In this document: positions 38,365 through 48,422 of the stretch, piece by piece
Layout of the letters: each line of letters starts with the position of its first letter
Position numbering within the stretch: the first letter of the stretch is position 1
NCBI GenBank assembly: GCA_963695395.1
Contig: CAVOGK010000024.1
Coordinates: forward strand, 53,430-117,429
DNA from: an uncultured Thermoleophilia bacterium
GTDB lineage: Bacteria > Actinomycetota > Thermoleophilia > UBA2241
Length of the DNA: 64,000 nucleotides
Direction of reading: 5' to 3'
Position numbers and translations under genes: made by a program
Notes under the pieces: generated by a model
Seen by the model: the letters and a program-made list of their open reading frames with translations, nothing else
What the model was told of the DNA's origin: nothing
Database searches by the model: none

Positions 38365-38610
38365 TTACTTGTCGATGCCCTTGATGGAGAGCAGTTTCTT
38401 GACCGTCCGTGACGGCTGCGCGCCCTCACCCAGCCACTTCTTGGCCTTGTCCGCATCGATCTCGATGAGCGATGGGTTCATCTGCGGGTTGTACTGGCCG
38501 ATGGTCTCGATAGCGCGACCGTCACGCCGTGCGCGGGAATCCACGACGACGATCCGGTAGATCGGGTTCTTGGTGCTCCCTACGCGGGTCAATCTCATTC
38601 GCACTGCCAA
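38365..38610 (-). CDS. rpsP: 30S ribosomal protein S16
   Basis: TTG start; MAVRMRLTRVGSTKNPIYRIVVVDSRARRDGR. Confidence 0.9.
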   Translation of the reverse strand: MAVRMRLTRVGSTKNPIYRIVVVDSRARRDGRAIETIGQYNPQMNPSLIEIDADKAKKWLGEGAQPSRTVKKLLSIKGIDK

Positions 38611-38762
38611 CTGGTGTCACCCCCTCAGGGTACTAAAACGACGCGCTGCGACCGAAAGGGTCGCAACGGTCCGTGAACCTTATGCGACCCGAGTGCGGGC
38701 CGCAACAGGCGGCATTGTGGGGTACCGCCGCACAGCACCTTAGCGATGCGGCGCGGGTTAGT

Positions 38763-40091
<1,329 letters not shown>

Positions 40092-40139
40092 CAGCGTCTC
40101 CGGTCGTGTGGCGGGACAGTCATGGTAGCACGCGGAGGA

Positions 40140-40214
40140 TCACGCGAGATCGAGCGCGTCGTCGTCCGTGAACTCGCGCGTCACGAGGCGCAGCGTGGTC
40201 AGCGGCAGCGTCAC
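40140..40214 (-). pseudogene. 24-codon remnant resembling the N-terminus of a RimJ/RimL-type GNAT acetyltransferase
   Basis: A GTG overlapping the ftsY stop (GGTGA) gives VTLPLTTLRLVTREFTDDDALDLA-stop, the typical L.T.RL.LR.f..dDa..l start of GNAT N-acetyltransferases. No acetyltransferase body follows. Confidence 0.3.
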
Positions 40215-41236
40215 CGGCCCGCAGGCGGCGTGTCGTCGCCGTCGGCGCCGAAGATCGCCCGCGCGAAGACGTCCGGCTCGAAGGGCCGCAGATCCTCGAG
40301 CTGCTCGCCGACGCCGATGAGCTTGATGGGGATGCCCAGGCTCTCGTGGATCGCGACCACGATGCCGCCCTTGGCGGTCCCGTCGAGCTTGGTGAGCACG
40401 ATGCCGCTGACGTCGACGGCCTGCTTGAACTCCTGCGCCTGGCGCAGGCCGTTCTGGCCGGTCGTGGCGTCGAGCACGAGCAGCGTCTCGTGCGGGGCGC
40501 CGGGGAGCTGCTTCTCGATCACGCGGCGCACCTTCTCGAGCTCGCGCATGAGGTTGACCTGGGTGTGCAGGCGGCCGGCGGTGTCGATGAGGACGACGTC
40601 GGCCCCGCGCGAGCGCGCGGCGGCCACGCCGTCGTACACCACAGCGGCGGGGTCGCCGCCCTCGGCCTGTTTCACGATCTCGCAGTCGACGCGCCGCGCC
40701 CACTCGCTCAACTGCTCGACGGCGGCGGCCCGGAACGTGTCGCCGGCCACCATGAGCGGCGTCTTCCCCATCTCCTTGAGGCGCCAGGCGATCTTGCCGA
40801 TGGTGGTCGTCTTGCCCGTGCCGTTGACGCCCACCATGAGGATGACCGCCGGCCGCTGCGAGACGTCGATGCGCTGGAGCTCTGGATCCTCCGGCTGCAG
40901 GATCTCGGCGACCACGTCGGCCAGTTCGTTCTGAAACGGCTCGCGCGCCTCGATCTTCTTGGCCGTGCACCGCTGCTCGAGCTCGTCGACGATCTTGATG
41001 GTGCCGTCGACGCCCACGTCGGCGGCGATCAGCATCTCCTCGGTCTGTTCGTAGAGCCGCCGGTCCACGCCCACGTACACGGCGCTCTTGAGCCCGTCGA
41101 CCACGACGCCGCGCGCCTTGCCGAGGTTTCGGCGCAGGCGGCCGAAGAGGCCCCTGCGCTCCTGCGCTTCTTCTTCCAGCACCGCCGTCGGCACGTCCGC
41201 CTCGGCGACGCCCTTGAACACCTCGTGCCACTCCAC
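40211..41236 (-). CDS. ftsY: Signal recognition particle receptor FtsY
   Basis: GTG start; MVGVNGTGKTTTIGKIA, DTAGRLH, TKLDGTAKGG. Confidence 0.95.
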   Translation of the reverse strand: MEWHEVFKGVAEADVPTAVLEEEAQERRGLFGRLRRNLGKARGVVVDGLKSAVYVGVDRRLYEQTEEMLIAADVGVDGTIKIVDELEQRCTAKKIEAREPFQNELADVVAEILQPEDPELQRIDVSQRPAVILMVGVNGTGKTTTIGKIAWRLKEMGKTPLMVAGDTFRAAAVEQLSEWARRVDCEIVKQAEGGDPAAVVYDGVAAARSRGADVVLIDTAGRLHTQVNLMRELEKVRRVIEKQLPGAPHETLLVLDATTGQNGLRQAQEFKQAVDVSGIVLTKLDGTAKGGIVVAIHESLGIPIKLIGVGEQLEDLRPFEPDVFARAIFGADGDDTPPAGR

Positions 41237-41283
41237 TCTGCGTCAGTCTCCCGTCCGCGGCCGCCGCCCGGCGGCCGTCCGTA

Positions 41284-44200
41284 TCATGCCGGCGAAGCGC
41301 CCTGGCCCTTCTGCTCCCTGGCGCGCTCCTCGCGCTCGATCTCCTCCTCGGCCATCCGCGCGCTGACGACCTGCGACGCGCCGTCCTGCCCCATCGTGAC
41401 CCCGTACAGCACGTCGGCCGCTTCCATGGTCCGCTTCTGATGCGTGATGATCACGAACTGCGTGCGTTCGCGGTAGTCGCGGAGCAGTTGCACCAGCCGG
41501 CCGATATTGACGTCGTCCAGAGCAGCCTCGATCTCGTCGAGGACGTAGAACGGGCACGGGCGCGCGAGCACGAGCGCCATGAGGAATGCGATCGCCACGA
41601 GCGCGCGCTCCCCGCCGGAGAGAAGCTGCAGCCGCTTGCCGAGCTTCTTGGCCGGCTTCACTTCGACCGCGACTCCTCCCTGCGGGTGGTCCTCGTCCGG
41701 ATCCACCAGCTTGAGCATGCCCCGCCCGCCGGGGAACAGCACCGCCACCATGTGGCTGAACTGCTCCTGTACGGCGTCGAAGGTGGCGGCGAACTCCGCG
41801 TCCACCTGCGCCGTGAGCTCCTTGATGAGCGCTTCGAGGTCGTCGATCGACTTCTCCAGGTCGCGCCGCTGCTCGCGCAAGAAGGCGGCGCGCTCCGAAA
41901 GCTCCGCGCACTCAGCCTCGGCCAGCGGGTTGACCGGCCCGATGCGCTCACGGCGGCGCGTGAGCGCAAGGGCGCGCTCCCTCAGTTCGGCCTCCTCGGC
42001 GTCGTCGGCCGGCGGTGCGAATCCGGCCTGATCGAGCTGCTCGCTGACCTCGTCGAGGCTGGCGACGAGCTCCGCGCGGCGGTCTTCGAGGCGGGCCAGC
42101 GCCACCTGTACGCCCGTGCGCCGCTCACCGGCGGCCTCCAGGTCGCGCCGCAGCTGCGATTCCTGGTCCGCCAGCCGGCGCAGCTCGCCCCGCTCCAGGT
42201 CGGCACCTGCTTCCTCGCCGGTGTCCAGCTGGGCGATGAGGCGCGTGGCGTGCGCCCGCAGGGCGCCGGTCCGCGTCTGCAGGCCGGCGCACGCGTCGCG
42301 GGCGCCGGGGATGTCCGCCAGCCGCCGGTCGAGCTCCTCGAGACGCTCCCGGTCGGCTGTCGCCCGGCGCCGCGCGGCATCCCGTCGCTCGGACGCGCGC
42401 TCGGCGGCCGCGCGACGTTCCTCGATCTCGACCCGACACCGGGTCACGAGCGCGAGCGAGCTCGCGTGGGCCGCTTCCGCCTCACGAAGCGCGGCCTCGG
42501 CACCGGCCGCCGCGGGGCGCAGTTGCTCCACCTGGAGCAGCGCGCGCGCCGCCGCGGCGTCGGCGGTCTCCTTGCCGGCCGCGGCTTCGGCCAGCTCCGC
42601 GGCCATCGCCTCGACGGCACGCTGATCACGCTGCACGTGGTCGTCGAGGTCGCGCCGTCGCGCACGCACCTGGGCGAGCGACCGCTCCGCGGTCTCGGCG
42701 GCCATACGCGCCTCGCGCTCGGCCGCAGCCGCCGCGTCCCCGGCCTCCCGCGCCGCGGATTCACGCCCGCCGGCGAGCGTGACGGCGGCCTCCTCGCGGA
42801 CCTCACGAGAGGAGACCGCGTCCAGCTTCTCTCCCAACCGCTCGAGCAACGCGCGCCGTTCGAGCAGCAGGGCCGCCGGAACGCCGCTGGCAAGACCCAT
42901 CTGCCCCTCCGCAGGACGGTAGAACGCGCCCTCGCGAGTGACGGCCAGGCCGGTGAACTCGGCCGGGACGGCGCGCAGGTCGTCGACGATGACGACGTCG
43001 GCCAGTGCGCCCTCCAGGCCTTCGTGTTCTCCGAAGCTCACCTTGTCGGCGAGCGGCGCGGCGCCCGGAAAGCCGACCGACGGACGCCGCCGACCGGGGA
43101 CGACGAGGCGGACGAGCCCGATCCCGGCGTGCTTGAGCGCCTCCAGCAGCGACCAGTGATCGACCACCTCGGGCACGGCAAGCGCCCCGGAGAGCTGCGC
43201 CAGCGCCGCCGCAAGCGCGCGCTCGTAGCCGGGTTCGCACGTGACGCTGCCGGCGAGAGACACCGTGCCGGGGAACTCGCCGGCCACCTGGAGCACCTCG
43301 CCGCCGACGTCTTCGATGTCGCGAAGCGCGGCGCGCAGGTGATCGGCCTCGGCCTCGAGGGCGCGCCGCTCGAGGAGCGTCGTGCGGTGGGCGTCGTCGA
43401 CCTCCCTCGCGTGGCGCGACGCCTCGACGACCGCGGCGGCCGCCGCTTCTGCCGCGGACCCGGCGGCGCGAAGGGCGTCGCGAGACGCCGCCTCCGCGCT
43501 GACGGCATCGCGCTCCTCGCCGGCCTTCGTCCCCACCTCGGCGGTGAGCGCCGCGTGCTGCGCCTTGAGGCGTTCCTGCTCGCCGGTGAGCGCGTCTCGG
43601 CGGCGCTCCAGGCGCGCCGCCGTCGCCAGCGCGGTCTCGCGCTCGACGGCCAGACGCTCGAGCGCCCCCCGGCGCTCCATCAGCGCCTCCCTGGCGGCCT
43701 CCAGCTGGGCCGAGACGCCGGCGTGCGCGGTCTCGGCCGACTCGAGCTCGACGGTCAGCCGGCTCTCCTCTTGCGGCCAGGTGTCGTCGTCGTGTTCCTC
43801 CGGGCGGCCCGCCAGCTCGGAGACGAGGCGCTCGCGCTCAGCTCTGGCGGCACGCTCCACCTCATCGAGGAGGTTCTGGCGCTGCTCGGCGAGGCGGCGC
43901 ACGCTCTCGAGCCGACCGTCGAGCACACGCGCGCGCAGGAGGCGCCTGGCGCCCCGCTCGCGCTCCGCCAGCTTCTTGGCGAAGGCCTCCTCCTCACTCA
44001 TCCTCGCCGCGGCGACGCGCGTGAGCCCGTCATCGGCTTTCGCCCGCTCGGCGTCGATCTCAGCGAGCTCCACGCGACGCCCCTGGAGATCCGCGTCGAC
44101 GACCAGGAGGTCGCCGGACAGAAGCCGGCCCTTGGTCTCGGCGATCTCGGTCTCCACAGTGCGCAGCTGTTCCGCCGCGGTCGCCTGCCGGCGCAGCGGC

Positions 44201-44808
44201 GTGAGCTGCGAGCCCACCTCCCGCTCGAGCAGCTGGGCGCGCTCCAGGTTGCGGCGCACCTCGCGCAGCTTGAGCTCGGCGCGCTCGCGGCGGCGCTTGT
44301 ACGCACCCAGTCCCGCCGCTTCCTCGATCTGGCTCCGCCGGTCCTCTGGTTTGCCGGCGAGGAACGACTCGACCTTGCCCTGGCCGATGATCGAGTGCAG
44401 TTCCTTGCCGAGACCCACCTGCGCGAGAAGCTCCACGATGTCTGTCAGGCGGCAGGTCGACTGGTTGATGGAGTAGTGCGACGAGCCGTCGCGCGCAACG
44501 CGCCGCATGACGCTCACCTCGGGGGTGGGCAGCGGGAGGGCGCCGTCGGCGTTGTCGAACGTCAGCTCCACCTCGGCGGCGCCGCTGGCTCTGCGGCCGT
44601 CACTGCCGGCGAAGATCACGTCCTGCATCGACGAGCCGCGCACCGTGCTCGGGCTCTGCTCGCCGAGCGCCCAGATCACGGCGTCGGCCAGATTGCTCTT
44701 GCCGCTGCCGTTGGGGCCGATGATGACGCCGACGCCGGGCTCGAAGAGCAGCTCGGTCTGTTTGGGGAACGATTTGAAGCCCTTGAGGCGCACCGCCCTG
44801 AGATACAC
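41284..44808 (-). CDS. smc: Chromosome partition protein Smc
   Basis: ORF 41284..45228, trimmed to GTG 44808 (VYLRAVRLKGFKSFP...GPNGSGKSNLADA), 1 nt after the rnc stop. Long coiled coils are present, and the C-terminus carries LSGGERALVAIAFLMAL...YVLDEIEAALD. Confidence 0.95.
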   Translation of the reverse strand: MYLRAVRLKGFKSFPKQTELLFEPGVGVIIGPNGSGKSNLADAVIWALGEQSPSTVRGSSMQDVIFAGSDGRRASGAAEVELTFDNADGALPLPTPEVSVMRRVARDGSSHYSINQSTCRLTDIVELLAQVGLGKELHSIIGQGKVESFLAGKPEDRRSQIEEAAGLGAYKRRRERAELKLREVRRNLERAQLLEREVGSQLTPLRRQATAAEQLRTVETEIAETKGRLLSGDLLVVDADLQGRRVELAEIDAERAKADDGLTRVAAARMSEEEAFAKKLAERERGARRLLRARVLDGRLESVRRLAEQRQNLLDEVERAARAERERLVSELAGRPEEHDDDTWPQEESRLTVELESAETAHAGVSAQLEAAREALMERRGALERLAVERETALATAARLERRRDALTGEQERLKAQHAALTAEVGTKAGEERDAVSAEAASRDALRAAGSAAEAAAAAVVEASRHAREVDDAHRTTLLERRALEAEADHLRAALRDIEDVGGEVLQVAGEFPGTVSLAGSVTCEPGYERALAAALAQLSGALAVPEVVDHWSLLEALKHAGIGLVRLVVPGRRRPSVGFPGAAPLADKVSFGEHEGLEGALADVVIVDDLRAVPAEFTGLAVTREGAFYRPAEGQMGLASGVPAALLLERRALLERLGEKLDAVSSREVREEAAVTLAGGRESAAREAGDAAAAAEREARMAAETAERSLAQVRARRRDLDDHVQRDQRAVEAMAAELAEAAAGKETADAAAARALLQVEQLRPAAAGAEAALREAEAAHASSLALVTRCRVEIEERRAAAERASERRDAARRRATADRERLEELDRRLADIPGARDACAGLQTRTGALRAHATRLIAQLDTGEEAGADLERGELRRLADQESQLRRDLEAAGERRTGVQVALARLEDRRAELVASLDEVSEQLDQAGFAPPADDAEEAELRERALALTRRRERIGPVNPLAEAECAELSERAAFLREQRRDLEKSIDDLEALIKELTAQVDAEFAATFDAVQEQFSHMVAVLFPGGRGMLKLVDPDEDHPQGGVAVEVKPAKKLGKRLQLLSGGERALVAIAFLMALVLARPCPFYVLDEIEAALDDVNIGRLVQLLRDYRERTQFVIITHQKRTMEAADVLYGVTMGQDGASQVVSARMAEEEIEREERAREQKGQGASPA

Positions 44809-44809
44809 C

Positions 44810-45652
44810 TCAGACGACCTCGGTGGCGTCGTTCGCGCCGGTCTTCGCGGCTTGGCCGGCGCCGGCCTCCGCGGCTTCGCCCAGGCCGGTCTCCCCGGCT
44901 TGGCCGGAGCCGGCCTTCTCCTCCGCCTGCGGCCGCCGCGAGCGACTGCCCCGGAGGCGCGCCCTGCGGGCGGAGCGCCGGGCCCGCGTCTGCAGCTCGT
45001 GCAACGCCTCGGCGGCAGCCTCCTGCTCGGCGCGCTTCTTGCTCGTGCCGCATCCGTGACCGAGGGACGTGCCGTCGACGACGGCTTCGATCTCGAACTC
45101 GCGGCTGTGTGGCGGCCCGCTGAACCCAAGGACCTTGTAGGCGACCGACTGCCCGCTGCGGGCCAGGTACTCCTGCAGCTCGGTCTTGTGGTCGATGTAG
45201 CTGCTCTCGGCGAAGACGATGTGCTCATCGAAGACCTCGATCACGGCCGGCCGGACGGCCTCGTAGCCGAAGGTCACGTAGACTGCGCCGATGAGCGACT
45301 CGGTGAGGTCGGCGAGGACGTTCTGGTTGCTCTGCAGCAGCGTGGCGTCGCTCCCGTCACCGGACCCGCCGTGCTCCCGGAGCATCTGGCCGAGGCCCAG
45401 CTTGCCGGCGACCCGGGCACAGGTGGCGCGACTGACGATGTACGCCCGCAGTCGCGCCAGATGCCCCTCGGCGAAGTCGGGGAAGCGGCGATACAGCTCG
45501 GTGGTGATGCACAGGCTGAGGACGCTGTCACCGAGGAACTCCAGCCGCTCGTATGACTGCACGCGGTCCGGCGCCCAGGAGGTGTGCGTGAACACCTGGC
45601 GCATGGTCGCCTGGTCCAGCTGCTGCGCGAGCGCGAGAAGTCGATGAGTCAC
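44810..45652 (-). CDS. rnc: Ribonuclease III with a ~60-aa low-complexity C-terminal extension
   Basis: ERLEFLGDSVLSL, a dsRBD (GPPHSREFEIEAVVDG...GTSKKRAEQEAA), then a Gly/Ala/Glu/Arg-rich tail. Confidence 0.9.
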   Translation of the reverse strand: MTHRLLALAQQLDQATMRQVFTHTSWAPDRVQSYERLEFLGDSVLSLCITTELYRRFPDFAEGHLARLRAYIVSRATCARVAGKLGLGQMLREHGGSGDGSDATLLQSNQNVLADLTESLIGAVYVTFGYEAVRPAVIEVFDEHIVFAESSYIDHKTELQEYLARSGQSVAYKVLGFSGPPHSREFEIEAVVDGTSLGHGCGTSKKRAEQEAAAEALHELQTRARRSARRARLRGSRSRRPQAEEKAGSGQAGETGLGEAAEAGAGQAAKTGANDATEVV

Positions 45653-45666
45653 GGAGACGGCTCCAC

Positions 45667-45714
45667 GACGACGAGGGGACGCCTCCTGCTTGCAGGAGAC
45701 ACCCCCTCGTCGTC
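45667..45714 (-). terminator. Long GC-rich stem-loop between acpP and rnc
   Basis: A 12-bp outer stem (45667-45678 pairs with 45703-45714) plus a 6-bp inner stem with a 4-nt loop. There is no T-tract, so it may act as an attenuator or processing signal rather than a full terminator. Confidence 0.35.
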
Positions 45715-45734
45715 CCCCTGGGGGATCGGCGCGG

Positions 45735-45980
45735 CTAGGCGTCGTCCCGCGTCATGACGAAGTCGACCGCATCGCCGACCGTCTTGATCTGGGCGGCCTC
45801 TTCGTCGCTGATCTTGATGCCGAACTTCTCTTCCATGGTCATGACGAGCTCGACCAGGTCGAGGGAGTCCGTCTCCAGATCCTCCTGGAAACGGGCATCC
45901 ATGGTGACTTTGTCTTCGTCGACGCTCAGGGTCTCGACGAGGATCCCCTTCACGTGCTCGAACACCTCTTCACGGGTCAT
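45735..45980 (-). CDS. acpP: Acyl carrier protein
   Basis: DLETDSLDLVELVMTMEEKFGIKISDEEA (DSL phosphopantetheine site). Confidence 0.95.
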   Translation of the reverse strand: MTREEVFEHVKGILVETLSVDEDKVTMDARFQEDLETDSLDLVELVMTMEEKFGIKISDEEAAQIKTVGDAVDFVMTRDDA

Positions 45981-46011
45981 CTAGCGAACCTCCGGGCGAG
46001 TTTGGGAGAGT

Positions 46012-47088
46012 CTACACCGCCGTGCCCGCCGTCCCAAGCTCGCGGGCGATGGTCGGAAGCAGATCACTGACGGCGCCGCGACGGCCCATGCGGACCGCCT
46101 GGGCGATTCCTCTGGCGCGTGAGTTGCCGTGCGCGATCACGACGGGTGCGTTCATGCCGACCAGCAGCGCGCCGCCGAACTCCTCCGGATTGAGGGCGTC
46201 CTTGAGGACCATGAGCTCCTTCTGCAGGAGCAGCCCCCCGACCTTCGTGAGCGGATTGACCATGATGGTGGCGCGCAGGGCGCCGAGGATGGCCTTGGCC
46301 GACCCCTCGATCGTCTTGAGCGCGACGTTGCCGGTGAAGCCGTCGGTGACGACGACGTCGACGAGCCGGTTCATGATGTCGCGGCCCTCGATGTTGCCGT
46401 AGAAGTGCGCGATGCGCTCATCGGCGGCGATGAGCTGGTGCGCCTCGATGACATCTGGGGTGCCTTTGCTGGGCTCTTCCCCGATGCTCAGCAGGCCGAT
46501 GCTCGGCTCGGCGATGCCCATGACCTCGCGGGCGAACGCCTGTCCCATGATCGCGAACTGACGCAGGAACTCGGCGCGCACCTCGGCGTTGGCGCCGACG
46601 TCGAGAAAGGCGATCGGCGCCGGCATGGCCGGCATGATCGTGGCGATGGCCGGCCGCTTCACGCCGGGCGTCCGGCGCACGTAGAGGACGCTGGCGGCGA
46701 CGACGGCTCCCGTGTTGCCGGCGCTCACGAACGCGTCGGCCTCGCCGGCGTGCACCATCTTGAGGCCGACGACGATGCTGGAGCCGGTCTTGGCGCGAGC
46801 CGCGGTCGCCGGCTCCTCGTCGTAGCCGATCACGTCGGGGGCGTGAACGACGCTGACGTTCCGCGCGTCCGCCGGCAGCAGGGCGCGCACGCGCGGCTCG
46901 TTGCCGACGAGGATCACGTGCAACTGGGGCCCGGAGGCCTCGAGCGCGCCGCGTACGATCTCGTCCGGGGCGTTGTCGCCGCCGGCCGCGTCGACCACGA
47001 TGCGCACGACGCGGTCGTCGGTGAGCGCGGTCCAGGAGGCCGTGACCGCATGCGGCGACGTGTAGGGACGGCGCTTCGGGCGGCTCAT
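46012..47088 (-). CDS. plsX: Phosphate acyltransferase PlsX
   Basis: [37 protein letters not shown]. The ATG overlaps the upstream stop (ATGA); an internal start near VVRIVVD is also possible. Confidence 0.9.
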   Translation of the reverse strand: MSRPKRRPYTSPHAVTASWTALTDDRVVRIVVDAAGGDNAPDEIVRGALEASGPQLHVILVGNEPRVRALLPADARNVSVVHAPDVIGYDEEPATAARAKTGSSIVVGLKMVHAGEADAFVSAGNTGAVVAASVLYVRRTPGVKRPAIATIMPAMPAPIAFLDVGANAEVRAEFLRQFAIMGQAFAREVMGIAEPSIGLLSIGEEPSKGTPDVIEAHQLIAADERIAHFYGNIEGRDIMNRLVDVVVTDGFTGNVALKTIEGSAKAILGALRATIMVNPLTKVGGLLLQKELMVLKDALNPEEFGGALLVGMNAPVVIAHGNSRARGIAQAVRMGRRGAVSDLLPTIARELGTAGTAV

Positions 47089-48149
47089 GCCTGCAGGTCG
47101 CGTACCAGGCGGTCGACGTCGACCGCCTGGTCGATGAGCTCGGCGATGAGATCGATCTTCGTGCGTTCTTTGACGCGCAGGCGCCCGAACAGCCGGCGCA
47201 TTCCGTCCGCGGCGGAGACGGTGTCGCTCTCGACCGACACGAGCGGGACGCCGCGTTCCTCCGCCCGTTCGATCACGGCGGGGCTGGGCACGTAGTTGCC
47301 GGTCAGCACCACGGCGACCGTGGGCGTGTCGAGCGCGGCGAGCACGATCTCGGCCCGGTCGCCGCCGACGATGACGACCTTGTTGGGCGTGAGCTGAAAG
47401 TAGCGGAGCGCGTGCTCGGAACTCATCGCTCCGATCATGTACGTCTCGACCAGGCCTTCACCGAAACGCTCGCCACAGACGTAGGTGCCGTCCAGGGCCT
47501 CGACGATCTCGGCCACGGAGACGGCCGAGAGCATGGCGCTGGAGACCAGGGCGCCGTAGCTGGCGATATCGCTCTGGGCGAGGAAGCGCGTGTACTCGTC
47601 GCGCACGAGGGGCAGACGCGATTCCGGGACCATGTTGAAGAGGACGCCCAGCAGGTGCTGCTTGAGGGCGTCCTTGACGTAGATGATGTCGTCGAGCAGC
47701 CGAGCGCCTGCGAACTTGGCGACGAGCAGCGTGCCGAGGTCGAGCTCGGCGACGACCTCGGCGCCGCTGGTGCGCAAGAAGCGGCCCTGCCAGATCTCGC
47801 CGAGACCCTCGCAGACGACGACGTCCTTGCCGGCGCGGATGCGCTGGTAGGCGTGCGTGACGCGGCTCATGGCGTCGACCTCGTTGCCGCTGAGCACATC
47901 GTGCAGCGCGTCCTCGTCGAGGACGACCGGGCAGATGTCGGTGAGAGCGTCGTCGAGGCCGAGCACACCCGCGACGAACTCGGCGTCCTCGTCGAGCAGG
48001 ACGCCGTCGGCGTGCGCCGCCAGCGTTCCTACCGGCTTGAAGTAGCCTGCATCCAGGCCGCGCTTGCGCAGGGCCAGGCAGAGGCCGACGGCGATGGTCG
48101 TCTTACCGCCGCTGCCCTGGGTGGAGGCGATGTAGAGCGATCTCAGCAC
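47085..48149 (-). CDS. Stand-alone Pta-N-terminal-like protein (BioD/CobQ-type P-loop domain plus DRTGG domain)
   Basis: GTG start; YIASTQGSGGKTTIAVGL (P-loop), and a C-terminal half VVIVGGDRAEIVLAALDTPTVAVVLTGNYVPSPAVIERAEERGVPLVSVESDT (DRTGG type). There is no phosphotransacetylase catalytic domain. Confidence 0.7.
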   Translation of the reverse strand: MLRSLYIASTQGSGGKTTIAVGLCLALRKRGLDAGYFKPVGTLAAHADGVLLDEDAEFVAGVLGLDDALTDICPVVLDEDALHDVLSGNEVDAMSRVTHAYQRIRAGKDVVVCEGLGEIWQGRFLRTSGAEVVAELDLGTLLVAKFAGARLLDDIIYVKDALKQHLLGVLFNMVPESRLPLVRDEYTRFLAQSDIASYGALVSSAMLSAVSVAEIVEALDGTYVCGERFGEGLVETYMIGAMSSEHALRYFQLTPNKVVIVGGDRAEIVLAALDTPTVAVVLTGNYVPSPAVIERAEERGVPLVSVESDTVSAADGMRRLFGRLRVKERTKIDLIAELIDQAVDVDRLVRDLQA

Positions 48150-48192
48150 CGCTCAAGAGCGCTCCGTGCATTTCGCGGCTCCACGGGCATCA
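48143..48192 (-). repeat. MIRU-like junction unit with a 15-codon mini-ORF bridging rpmF and the next gene
   Basis: The rpmF stop GAC TGA shares its A with an ATG. The mini-ORF is MPVEPRNARSALERC, and its TGA (48145-48143) overlaps the GTG start (48149) of the DRTGG gene. Checked codon by codon. Confidence 0.75.
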
Positions 48193-48372
48193 GTCAGCGT
48201 CGAGGACGATGACCTCTCGGCCCTTGTAGGTGCCGCACTTGGTGCAGGCGCGATGCGGGAGCTTGGGGCTCTTGCACTGCGGACAGACGCTGGCGGTGTC
48301 GACGACGAGCTTCTGCTGCGACCGACGCTGGTCGCGGCGCCGCTGAGAGGTCTTCTTCTTGGGTACGGGCAT
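48190..48372 (-). CDS. rpmF: 50S ribosomal protein L32
   Basis: MPVPKKKTSQRRRDQRRS...CPQCKSPKLPHRACTKCGTYKGR. Confidence 0.95.
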   Translation of the reverse strand: MPVPKKKTSQRRRDQRRSQQKLVVDTASVCPQCKSPKLPHRACTKCGTYKGREVIVLDAD

Positions 48373-48422
48373 GGAGTCTCCTCAGGTGAACCAGACACGG
48401 AACTGTACCATACGGCCGCCGC

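Noticed and set aside
41440-45123. A 1227-aa plus-strand ORF, and similar giants at 49344..52424, 38931..40934, 19118..20893, 21349..23244, 56283..58553, 61463..63196 and 32031..33299
   Set aside because: They are antisense to clearly recognisable minus-strand genes (smc, the coaD-to-deoA block, ffh/ftsY, rseP, dxr, pyrG, dxs, comM). Their translations are Arg/Ala/Gly/Pro/His-rich with no motifs. Such open antisense frames are expected at this GC content.
44809-45228. N-terminal 140-aa extension of the smc ORF, and comparable extensions on ORFs for ispG, dxr, frr, recN, nadK, rsmD, the M20 peptidase, the aminotransferase and the epimerase
   Set aside because: The extensions overlap the upstream gene in another frame and are low-complexity. 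Conserved N-termini (for example VYLRAVRLKGFKSF for Smc) begin at internal ATG/GTG codons with plausible RBS or stop-start overlaps.
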